Below are positions 47,943-56,662 of a stretch of DNA of 64,000 nucleotides, piece by piece (position 1 is the first letter of the stretch; the number at the start of each line of letters is the position of its first letter). Under the pieces are notes generated by a model. That model searched no databases. It saw nothing but the letters and a program-made list of their open reading frames with translations, and was not told the DNA's origin. The stretch comes from Candidatus Parvarchaeum sp. (GTDB lineage Archaea; Nanobdellota; Nanobdellia; Parvarchaeales; Parvarchaeaceae), in contig JBMFWF010000001.1 of assembly GCA_049965555.1 (NCBI GenBank), forward strand, positions 32,001 to 96,000, written 5' to 3'. The position numbers and the translations under genes are program-made.

Positions 47943-49873
47943 TGTTTCTGCCAAGTAAAATAGAAAAGATAAGATTGATATTGCCTAAAATTCATTATGA
48001 TAAGGCTATTACTTTACTTGGAGAGCTAGGATTCTTGCAGATAGAAGTACTGGAAAGCGAAAGCAAAAAAATTCTAAAGGATTTTAAGGAAATTGAATTT
48101 GACAAGATAAACAAGTATGGACAGAAAATAAGAAGCTTGGAGAGCAGCTTAATAAAGCAGAAATCATCAAACATCGAAATAAAAAGCCTACAGCAGGTTT
48201 TCCATGAGGCAGATAAAATAAAGATATATGAAGAGGTAAATGACATAAAAAAAGAGGAGGAAAAAATAAACGCAAATATTAAGGAAAGCGACTCCATAAT
48301 GAAAATTGTAAACCTGATGAAAGATTTTAAACATGATTTTAAGATATTGAGCGGCATAAGAGTTGAATCATTTCTGATGCAAAAAAGCAAGGATAACAAT
48401 AACTTTATCGCATTGGTCAGAAAAGAGGTCGAATGTGAATTTACAGAACTTCAAAATGCTTGCATATTTACAATAGAACGGCATAACAAAGAAAAGCTTG
48501 CAAATCTTGCGAACAAAGAAGGCATTAACCTTATAAAGATACCTGAAATGAGCGGCAAAGTTGAGGAGATAATAAGGAATCAACAAACTCTCAAAAAGAA
48601 AAATGAGGAAAGACTTTTTGAATTAAACAAAAGACTTGAAAAGATTTCTAAAAGGTACTATGGGATTGTGGCTAACCTTAAAGAATACTTGGAGATAGAG
48701 ATAAAGAAAACATCAATAATACCTAAAGTGGGCTCAACAGATTACATGACAGTAATCGAGGGATGGATAGAAAGCAAGAAGATAACAATATTAGATGAAA
48801 ATCTCAACAAATTAATTGGAGAACAGTTCATACTGGAAAAAATAAAAACTAAGGAAGAGCCTCCTACAAAGATGGAAAACCCTATATCCTTCAAGTTATA
48901 TGAGTTTTTCATAAAATTTTATTCAATACCAAAAAGCAGCGAGATTGATCCGACAATATTTTTTGGGATAGCTTTTCCAATATTCTTTGGATTGATGGTC
49001 GGAGATGCAGGCTACGGTGCGACTTTTCTGGTACTCAGCTTCTGGCTCATTCACAGGATAAAGCATCCTCCTAAAAAAAGCCACATACCTAGAAAACTTG
49101 CAAAATTTGTAAAGACAATAATAAGCAAAAACAGTTTGATGATGATAATGAAGGCTATAATACCTGGTTCTATAATAGCTGTTGCTCTAGGAATAATATT
49201 CAATGAATACTTCGGATTTTCCCTGCCTTATAAGCCGCTTTTCGACGTCACAAAGAGTGTATCCACATTGTTATTAATATCAGGCTGGATAGGCGTAGCA
49301 ATGGTGTCATTCGGCTTTGTACTCGGAGCGCTTAACGCTTTATACAATAAAAAAGTAAAGAAAGCGATCGGAAGAGTAGGCTGGCTCTTAGTCGCATGGG
49401 GAATTGTAATAGTCGGCCTGGCTGTCCTTCACAAGGAAAGCATAGGCTTTTCCAACTTGGAAGCAGTCGGCAGTTATGCTGCAATAATAATAGGGATTGT
49501 ATTAGTACTCAGATCAGAAGGAACACAGTCTTTAATGGAGATACCTTCAGTGATAAGCCATATACTGTCATACACTAGGCTTGTAGGCATATTGCTTGCT
49601 TCTGTCATACTAGCTCAAGTAATAAATTTGATATTCGTTTCTAGCTTAAGCAGCTCTATTCCATTTATAATTGGCGGAGTAATAATACTTGTATTTGGCC
49701 AACTTTTCAACATAGTAATAGCACTGTTTGAAGGCGGCATACAGGGAGCAAGGCTGATATATGTTGAGTTCTTTTCTAAGTTCTTTGAAGGCAATGGAAA
49801 CATGTTTAAGCCGTTTAAGATAGAAAGAAGAAACACGGCAAATGTCTACGTCAAAAACGCAAAGAAAGAATAA
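47942..49873 (+). CDS. atpI: A/V-type ATP synthase subunit I (a)
   Basis: PPT...N, EIDPT, FFGLMVGDAGYG, SYTRL (essential Arg) and RL.YVEFFSKF. Confidence 0.96.
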   Translation: MFLPSKIEKIRLILPKIHYDKAITLLGELGFLQIEVLESESKKILKDFKEIEFDKINKYGQKIRSLESSLIKQKSSNIEIKSLQQVFHEADKIKIYEEVNDIKKEEEKINANIKESDSIMKIVNLMKDFKHDFKILSGIRVESFLMQKSKDNNNFIALVRKEVECEFTELQNACIFTIERHNKEKLANLANKEGINLIKIPEMSGKVEEIIRNQQTLKKKNEERLFELNKRLEKISKRYYGIVANLKEYLEIEIKKTSIIPKVGSTDYMTVIEGWIESKKITILDENLNKLIGEQFILEKIKTKEEPPTKMENPISFKLYEFFIKFYSIPKSSEIDPTIFFGIAFPIFFGLMVGDAGYGATFLVLSFWLIHRIKHPPKKSHIPRKLAKFVKTIISKNSLMMIMKAIIPGSIIAVALGIIFNEYFGFSLPYKPLFDVTKSVSTLLLISGWIGVAMVSFGFVLGALNALYNKKVKKAIGRVGWLLVAWGIVIVGLAVLHKESIGFSNLEAVGSYAAIIIGIVLVLRSEGTQSLMEIPSVISHILSYTRLVGILLASVILAQVINLIFVSSLSSSIPFIIGGVIILVFGQLFNIVIALFEGGIQGARLIYVEFFSKFFEGNGNMFKPFKIERRNTANVYVKNAKKE

Positions 49874-49928
49874 ACAATATACAATTATATACGGTCTTTG
49901 CTGCTCTTTTTTATGATTGATAGAAAAT

Positions 49929-50001
49929 TAGCCCTGACCGGATTTGAACCGGTGTCTAGGGCTCCAAAGGCCCTCGTGCTTGGCCGCTACACTACAGGGC
50001 T
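49929..50001 (-). tRNA. tRNA-Gln(UUG), intronless
   Basis: Reverse complement has an AGCCCTG/CAGGGCT acceptor stem (A1-U72), anticodon loop CT-TTG-GA and canonical TTCAAAT T-loop. Confidence 0.95.
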
Positions 50002-50064
50002 ATAACATAAGCTTATAAAAGCTTCAAATATAAAACTTAAATATACTGAAACATAGAGATTTAA

Positions 50065-51102
50065 ATGTTACTGGAGATATTGCTTTCGGCAGTAGTTGCA
50101 GCGATTGCTACTTTTATAAGCGGTAAGTTCATTATTCCTTTACTTATAAGAGCCGGACTAGTAGCACAAGATATAAACAAGGAGAAAAGGCCGATGCTTC
50201 CTTCAAGCGGAGGTTTTCTTTTAATTATAGGGCTTTTCGCCGGTGTAATGTCACTTATAGCAGCATACAACTATGTTATAAAGGCAAACTTAAATCCAGA
50301 GGCGCTTCTTCTCGGTCTATCATCGATAATAATAATCTCCCTTATAGGTTTTGTTGACGACCTATCAGGTGGAAAGATAAGGACTTCAATGGCAGACATA
50401 AAAAGAATGGCCAGAAATTATTCAATTTTTAATGGGGGGATAAGACAGTGGCAGAAGCCTCTGCTTACTCTGATAGGTGCAGTTCCATTGATGGTTCTAT
50501 TCTTTGGCAGTACCATTTATTTTCCAGGCATAGGAAACATCGTTATCAATCCTATAATATATATAGTAATTTTAATACCGCTAGGGGTAGTTTTTGCATC
50601 AAATGCTTACAACATGTTAGAGGGCCTCAATGGCATCGCAGTGCAGATGGGTCTAGTTCTGTTTGCAGCCTTTTCCATTCTTTCTTTTCATATACATAAT
50701 TATAATGGCTTTGCACTTTCTGTAATAATGTTTTCTGTGCTGCTTGGCTACTTATATTATGGAAAATATCCCGCAAAAATAATACCTGGAGACAGCCTTA
50801 CATACTTGATAGGAGGTGCTGTTGCGGTAGTTGCGATAATAGGAAATATGCAGCTGTTCGCCATATTCATAATGATACCTTGGATAATAGAATTTATCTT
50901 AAAGGCAAGAAAAAGATTCCACGCCAGTTCATGGGGCATAATCCACAAAGATGGAACATTATCTTCGCCTTATGGAAATAAAGTTTACTCGCTAACACAC
51001 CTCTTTTTAAGAAAAGAAAAATATAAAGAATGGCAGATAGCGCTGATGCTTACACTGATCGAAATATTAATATCTGCTGTGGGTCTTTTTATATTCTGGT
51101 AA
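50065..51102 (+). CDS. aglH: UDP-GlcNAc:dolichyl-phosphate GlcNAc-1-phosphate transferase (AglH/Alg7, MraY-like)
   Basis: GFVDD, NAYNMLEGLNG, YPAKIIPGDS.TY.IG and YSLTH; multi-TM. Confidence 0.85.
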   Translation: MLLEILLSAVVAAIATFISGKFIIPLLIRAGLVAQDINKEKRPMLPSSGGFLLIIGLFAGVMSLIAAYNYVIKANLNPEALLLGLSSIIIISLIGFVDDLSGGKIRTSMADIKRMARNYSIFNGGIRQWQKPLLTLIGAVPLMVLFFGSTIYFPGIGNIVINPIIYIVILIPLGVVFASNAYNMLEGLNGIAVQMGLVLFAAFSILSFHIHNYNGFALSVIMFSVLLGYLYYGKYPAKIIPGDSLTYLIGGAVAVVAIIGNMQLFAIFIMIPWIIEFILKARKRFHASSWGIIHKDGTLSSPYGNKVYSLTHLFLRKEKYKEWQIALMLTLIEILISAVGLFIFW

Positions 51103-51146
51103 GAAATGCCGGAAAGGGTTAAATTTAAACAAAATCTAATTAAAAT

Positions 51147-51617
51147 ATGGAAATAATACCGATGGGCAACACGACAGTTCAGTATGAAGGAGTACTAGAT
51201 GACCAGAAGTTCTACAATTTTCTTAGAGATTTGCTAGTTTCAGCAGGTTATTCGGTAAAGGAAACAAACTATATCCAGTTTTCCGGTGCAAATTACGTCA
51301 TAAAGTGGGTAGCCATGAAAGTTATAGATGACTACATGGCTTATAGAATCACTGTAAACCTTGATTACAGAAATATACAAGAGACTATGGCTGTAAAAGA
51401 CGGCAAGCAGGTAAAGGCAAAGACCGGGACTGTACAGGTACAGCTGGTTTCAGATATACTTGTAGACTACCTTAATAAATGGACAAAAGGAGTTTCAAAA
51501 CTAGTCAGGCCAATATACGATAAAATGAATGAAGAGGTAGTTGAGCAGAGAAAGGCGGCATTCGAAAGCGATGTAGAGAGCATAAAATCTGCCATACAGT
51601 CCAACTTCAACCAGTGA
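51147..51617 (+). CDS. Hypothetical protein, 156 aa
   Basis: Clean ORF with a TATA-like element upstream; adjoins the NFACT gene. Confidence 0.75.
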   Translation: MEIIPMGNTTVQYEGVLDDQKFYNFLRDLLVSAGYSVKETNYIQFSGANYVIKWVAMKVIDDYMAYRITVNLDYRNIQETMAVKDGKQVKAKTGTVQVQLVSDILVDYLNKWTKGVSKLVRPIYDKMNEEVVEQRKAAFESDVESIKSAIQSNFNQ

Positions 51618-53383
51618 TCATGCAAAGTTTAACATCATTGGATATATACAAATTACTCGAGGAAGTTAACTACCTAAACGGAGGATTCATAAGAAACATA
51701 AAAAGCAGGAGAAATGAATTTTACTTTCTAATTTATAAGGGAAAAGAATACTGGCTTAAGATAGTGCCTGGAAGTTATTTTTGCGTAGTTGATGAAAAAC
51801 CGGAAGACAGCATAGACTTCGGTTTTACACAAATTGTAAAAAACGCTCTTAAAGGAAAAAGATTTTCAATAAAGATGCACAACTCTGACAGGATACTGGA
51901 AATAGAAACTGATAGCAACAAACTGCTTATTGAAATGTTCTCCAAGGGCAATATCATACTATTAAAGGATGAAAAGATAGAAAGGGCGCTTTTCCAGCGA
52001 AAATTTGAAAGCAGGGAGATATCAAGCGGCGGGGAATATGTTTATCCTCCGGGGAATAAAAGGTCATTTAACGACATGTACGGCGGCTTTTATTCTATTT
52101 TGAAGTCATCTGACAGAGAAAGCATAGTAAAAAGCCTTGCAATGGATTTTTCAATGGGAGGATACTACGCTGAGGAAGCTTGTTTCCGTGCAAAGATAGA
52201 CAAATCTAAGAAACCACTTGATTTGACTCAGGATGAGGCTAAAGCATTAAGAGAAAAATTCCTAGAGATAGTTAAAGAGAAGAAACCAAATATAATTGAT
52301 AAAAAAATATTTTCCGCGATTGAACTGAAGCATATAGAAGGCCAGAAGGAATACTTTAGTAGCATAAACTCCGCGGTTATAAGCTTCTTTGAAAACCCTG
52401 TGGAGATAGAGAGAAAAAACCCTGTAAAAATAGAGCTTAACAAAGCAAAAGATAGACTTAAAGAATACGAAGAAGACATAGAATTCATAAATCAAAACTA
52501 TGAAAGAATAGAAAATGCAATAATGATTTTAAAGTCATCTGATAAAAGCATGGATGAAAGAGAAAAAGAGCTAGGTAGATTGGGTTTTATAATAAGTGGG
52601 AAGAACATAATTCCTAAAGAAAGGCAGAAACTAAACATAGATATAACCCAAAGCCTGAATTATAACCTGTCTAGTTTATATCAAAAGGCGAAGAGGCTTA
52701 AGAACATAGACGCCGAAGCAATAACTTCAAAGACAAAGATTATAAAAAGAATAAAAGTTAAGCAAGAAAACCAGTGGTATTCAAAGTTTAGACATTTTGT
52801 AACATCTAATGGTAGGTTGACTATAATAGGAAAGGATGTAAACCAAAATGAATCGCTAATAGAAAAACACGTGGAAAAAAATGATCTAATAGGCCATGCA
52901 GATGTTTTTGGCAGCCCATTTGGAGTCATAAAAGACAACGAGAACAAAGGAATAAACAGGAAGGACATGGAAGAAGCTGCTATAATGATAGCTTCTTATT
53001 CATCTGCATGGAGGGCAGGCGCAGCGAACCTTGATGTTTATTTTGTAAAGCCTGAGCAGGTCACAAAAACACCTCCCTCCGGCGAATACTTAAAGAAAGG
53101 TGCATTTTACATAGACGGAAAAAGAGACTACATCAGAAACGCCCAGCTTGGCGTTTACCTTTCTGTGGAGATAAAAGAAGAGCTGGCAGACCTAAAAGTT
53201 ACTCCATATGAGCCAAACGCAAACTTTTTCCTCATAAAACCTGGAAACAAAAAAAGAGATGAGATTGTAAGAAAGATAAACAGGGCCCTGTCACAGAAGT
53301 ATTCGGTCCAGATAAATGAAGATTACATAGACAGGCTTATACCTCAGGGGAAGTCTTCGATAGAGAAAATTAAACTTATCTGA
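51614..53383 (+). CDS. rqcH: Ribosome quality control NFACT/RqcH (NEMF) family protein
   Basis: DRILE, EMFSKGNIIL, WYSKFRHF.TS, GKD..QNE, HAD..GSP and KTPPSGEYL.KG.F; ATG at 51620. Confidence 0.9.
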   Translation: MIMQSLTSLDIYKLLEEVNYLNGGFIRNIKSRRNEFYFLIYKGKEYWLKIVPGSYFCVVDEKPEDSIDFGFTQIVKNALKGKRFSIKMHNSDRILEIETDSNKLLIEMFSKGNIILLKDEKIERALFQRKFESREISSGGEYVYPPGNKRSFNDMYGGFYSILKSSDRESIVKSLAMDFSMGGYYAEEACFRAKIDKSKKPLDLTQDEAKALREKFLEIVKEKKPNIIDKKIFSAIELKHIEGQKEYFSSINSAVISFFENPVEIERKNPVKIELNKAKDRLKEYEEDIEFINQNYERIENAIMILKSSDKSMDEREKELGRLGFIISGKNIIPKERQKLNIDITQSLNYNLSSLYQKAKRLKNIDAEAITSKTKIIKRIKVKQENQWYSKFRHFVTSNGRLTIIGKDVNQNESLIEKHVEKNDLIGHADVFGSPFGVIKDNENKGINRKDMEEAAIMIASYSSAWRAGAANLDVYFVKPEQVTKTPPSGEYLKKGAFYIDGKRDYIRNAQLGVYLSVEIKEELADLKVTPYEPNANFFLIKPGNKKRDEIVRKINRALSQKYSVQINEDYIDRLIPQGKSSIEKIKLI

Positions 53384-53602
53384 TCACTTTGACGAATGCT
53401 CTATTATGAACTCTTCTATAGCCTTGTTTTTCGCAAGTTTTGTTATAAAGCCTGCTATCTTATTCCTATTTCTTTTCTGAGCAGTTATAACCTTGTTCAA
53501 TGCTTCCTTGTTGCTTTCGAAATTGTCATTGAAAAGGTTTTTGTACCTCTTAAGTACCTCTATAGTTGCATTCCTTATTTCCTTGCCTCTTATCCTTCCC
53601 AT
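53384..53602 (-). CDS. rps17e: 30S ribosomal protein S17e
   Basis: MGRIR, F..NK and RNKIAGFIT. Confidence 0.95.
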   Translation of the reverse strand: MGRIRGKEIRNATIEVLKRYKNLFNDNFESNKEALNKVITAQKRNRNKIAGFITKLAKNKAIEEFIIEHSSK

Positions 53603-53713
53603 ATTTGATTAAAGATGCTGACACTACTATTTAATATTATCTTTTTGACAAATTGTTTAACTTAGTTACAAAATCACAAATCCTTTTATAGTAATTTAAT
53701 TATTATATTTCAT

Positions 53714-53785
53714 GCCTAGGTGGCTCAGTGGTAAAGCGTCTCCTTGGTAAGGAGAAGATCGCGAGTCCGATTCTCGCCCTAGGCT
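53714..53785 (+). tRNA. tRNA-Thr(GGU), intronless, T-loop TCCGATT (C55)
   Basis: GCCTAGG/CCTAGGC acceptor stem, TCTCC/GGAGA anticodon stem with TT-GGT-AA loop, GCGAG/CTCGC T-stem. Confidence 0.92.
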
Positions 53786-53840
53786 TTCTTAGCTATTAAA
53801 AATCAAAAAAGAAGGCATGCAATCAAAAATTAAAAATATC

Positions 53841-54248
53841 TTAAAAATTAGCGAAATAATCATTTACAAGTTCATTCTCTGCTTCATAAATGCTTATTTT
53901 GTATTCTTTTTCAGATACTTTTTTCTCAAGATCACGCAAGATAAAGCCCACTGTGGTTTTCATCACCAATCCTGGGCCAATTTCCTTTAGTCGTCTACCT
54001 ACTATGCCGCTACTGTAAATAACAAGGCCGTAATCTTGTAATATCTTCTGGACCTTGTCTAGTTCATTAATGTCATTAATGTAGTTATTTAAGTATCTCG
54101 AGAATTTCAACGCTCTCGATTCTCCTAATTCATTATAGAAATCCTGTATTGTTTTACTTACTTCTTCCGAGGTAAAATAACCCTTAGATCTCCACTTATC
54201 TGCAGATAACAACTTCTCTAATGTTTTATCTTTATACTTAGTTTCCAT
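53841..54248 (-). CDS. Hypothetical protein, 135 aa
   Basis: ORF convergent on tRNA-Thr(GGU); no motif recognised. Confidence 0.65.
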   Translation of the reverse strand: METKYKDKTLEKLLSADKWRSKGYFTSEEVSKTIQDFYNELGESRALKFSRYLNNYINDINELDKVQKILQDYGLVIYSSGIVGRRLKEIGPGLVMKTTVGFILRDLEKKVSEKEYKISIYEAENELVNDYFANF

Positions 54249-54282
54249 TACGTTTGTATTTATGTAAATTTTAAAATTTTAT

Positions 54283-54561
54283 TTATATTATATCTTCTTC
54301 GGCTACTACTACAAAATCCCCTATTGATATAACAGCACTGTATGGTATCTCTTCAAAGCCGTTTTCATCTTTCTCGAATTGAAAGGTATTAGCATATGAA
54401 GTGGGATTTTTTACAGATAAATAGACTAGTTCACCGGTTCTTACTTCATATATAAGGTCCTGTACTGTTCCTATTTTCTTTCCGCTTTTTCCCACGATTG
54501 TTTTACCAACTATGGTCCTTGCATCTATCTTCTCTCCCTTAGTTACGCCTGCCATAATCAA
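54283..54561 (-). CDS. PRC-barrel protein (CdpB-like, cell-division associated in FtsZ archaea)
   Basis: GK.IV..SG..IG.V.DL.....TGEL...IPY.AV.SIGDFVVV; GGAGG Shine-Dalgarno favours a start at 54555. Confidence 0.85.
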   Translation of the reverse strand: MIMAGVTKGEKIDARTIVGKTIVGKSGKKIGTVQDLIYEVRTGELVYLSVKNPTSYANTFQFEKDENGFEEIPYSAVISIGDFVVVAEEDII

Positions 54562-54611
54562 CCTCCAGATAATTTTACTAATATTTTTATGTTAATATAA
54601 TTAACTTATTC

Positions 54612-55124
54612 TTAACTTAAAAAGCTTTTACCGTCATTAAAGAATATAAAATATCTGTCATTTTCAACGTAGCCACTTTCTATTGGATTTAAGCTACTTA
54701 AATCTATATTAGAATGCTTTAAAACAGATATTAACAAATGGCCGTTTTGAGCTGTCAGATCGAACATCTTCTTGATTATGCTTTTACGGTCCTTTTCTTC
54801 TATGTCTTGCAGAACGGTTATACAGAACAAAACATCGAATTTTTCATTTGAAACGAAATCTTGTATTCTTTTCTTGACAACTGAAACGTTCCTGAATCCT
54901 TTTTTAACGATTTCATCGGCCATGTCTGACGGTTCTAATGCAGTTATGTCATTTTCTAGTAGAATTGATTCAAGTATTCCAGTGCCTGCACCGACATCAA
55001 GTATTTTATCGCTGTCTTTTACTTTTATTCTTGATAAAAGAAAACGAATCTTACTTTCTTGCTCTCTTAAATAAAGCTTTTCATAGCTTTTGCCTATAGA
55101 GTTGTAGTAAGTTATTGAATCCAT
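54612..55124 (-). CDS. Class I SAM-dependent methyltransferase
   Basis: ILDVGAGTG and FDVLFCITVLQ; start moved to MDSI at 55124. Confidence 0.85.
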   Translation of the reverse strand: MDSITYYNSIGKSYEKLYLREQESKIRFLLSRIKVKDSDKILDVGAGTGILESILLENDITALEPSDMADEIVKKGFRNVSVVKKRIQDFVSNEKFDVLFCITVLQDIEEKDRKSIIKKMFDLTAQNGHLLISVLKHSNIDLSSLNPIESGYVENDRYFIFFNDGKSFLS

Positions 55125-55125
55125 C

Positions 55126-56559
55126 TTAATAGGATTTTGCAAAGTATGCATTCACTTTTGCATCATTGCCGCAGAATATGCACTTTTGATTTATTAACTT
55201 CTCATTTTCCAGAGGTATCAACCTTGAAGTAGCTCCTGTTTCATTCTTAATTTTCTCTTCGCATTCAGGAGTGCCGCACCAAGAAGCCTTTACAATATAT
55301 AAGCTCTCCTTAACTGCTTTTACAAACCTTTCTTTTGAATCTTCTTCTCTTATCCTTTTTTTGCTATCTTCTCTGGCATTTTCAAGCATTTTTTTGTGTA
55401 TTTCTTCAAGCTTTTCCTTTATCTTTTCTATTTCATTGAATGCGAGCAAAGACTGCTCGTTGCTTATCCTTGTTTTCAAGGACATATTTTTTGAGTCGAG
55501 TTCTCTTTTACCGACTTGTATTTTCAAAGGTACTCCTTTTAGATCATATTCATTAAGCTTCCAACCGGGGGAATATTCTTCCCTGCTGTCAAAAAGAACT
55601 CGTATTCCCATCTCCTTTAGCTTTGATTCTATTTGCTTGCAGTATTCTATAACATTATCTTTTTCATCCTTTAGTATTGGTATTATAACGCACTGGTAAG
55701 GTGCAATAAATGGAGAAAGGACAAGGCCTTTATTGTCTCCATGCACCAATATCATTACGCCTATTGAACGCATGGAAATGCCCCAGGAGGTTTGAAATGG
55801 GTACTGCAGCTCATTTTTCTCATCCAAAAACTTTATGTCGAAAGGCTTGGAAAAGTTCTGTCCTAGATTGTGTGAAGTGGCAGCCTGTGACATGAAATTA
55901 TTTGGCAAAACCGCTTCAACAGTATAAGTAGTAACTGCTCCTGCGAACTTTTCGCTCTCGCTCTTCCTGCCTGCTAAAACGGGAACTGCCAGCATATCTT
56001 CAAGGAACTGCTTATAAAAATCCAAGATATCCCTCGCGTTTTTATCAGCTTCTTCATCCGTTCTAAAAACGCAATGGCCCTCCTGCCATAAAACCTCTCT
56101 ACCTCTTAAAAGCAACCTTGTTTCCTTAGTCTCCCACCTGACCATAGTATTCCACTGATTTATCAGCAATGGCAAGTCCCTGTAGCTTTTTATCCACTTT
56201 GAATAGCTGTCATACATTATGGTTTCGGATGTTGGCCTTATTGCAAGCCTTTCATCTAGTTTAGTATCTCCTCCCATTGTTACCCATGCTACCTCTGGAT
56301 TAAATCCTTCTATGTGTTTTTTCTCTTTCGAAAGTATGCTTTCTGGTATTAACAGTGGAAAATATGCATTTTTTACGCCTATAGATTTAAATTTGCTATC
56401 TAAGTAGTCGACGCTCCTCTCCCACATATCATAGCCATAAGGCCGGTAGACTGCAAAACCCTTAACTGCCGAAAAATCCACCATCTCCGACTTAACTACC
56501 ACCTGATTATACCAGGAGATTAAATCGCTTTCTTTCTTTACTTCTATCGCTTCGGCCAT
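55126..56559 (-). CDS. proS: Prolyl-tRNA synthetase (archaeal/eukaryotic type)
   Basis: IRPTSET, RWE, WQEGH, TSHNLGQNFS, QTSWG and C-terminal Zn domain ending AKSY. Confidence 0.97.
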   Translation of the reverse strand: MAEAIEVKKESDLISWYNQVVVKSEMVDFSAVKGFAVYRPYGYDMWERSVDYLDSKFKSIGVKNAYFPLLIPESILSKEKKHIEGFNPEVAWVTMGGDTKLDERLAIRPTSETIMYDSYSKWIKSYRDLPLLINQWNTMVRWETKETRLLLRGREVLWQEGHCVFRTDEEADKNARDILDFYKQFLEDMLAVPVLAGRKSESEKFAGAVTTYTVEAVLPNNFMSQAATSHNLGQNFSKPFDIKFLDEKNELQYPFQTSWGISMRSIGVMILVHGDNKGLVLSPFIAPYQCVIIPILKDEKDNVIEYCKQIESKLKEMGIRVLFDSREEYSPGWKLNEYDLKGVPLKIQVGKRELDSKNMSLKTRISNEQSLLAFNEIEKIKEKLEEIHKKMLENAREDSKKRIREEDSKERFVKAVKESLYIVKASWCGTPECEEKIKNETGATSRLIPLENEKLINQKCIFCGNDAKVNAYFAKSY

Positions 56560-56662
56560 TAATTTTTAATGGCATGTTAATTAATAAAGCTTACCGATTT
56601 TACAAACAAAAACTACAGATACAAAGAAAGTATAAAAACAAGTAATTATTTCTTCTATCTAT

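Noticed and set aside
19585-53785. tRNA introns, split tRNAs or integrated elements at the three tRNA genes
   Set aside because: Each folds as a contiguous 72-73 nt cloverleaf; no integrase or att-like duplicate of a tRNA 3' end was seen.
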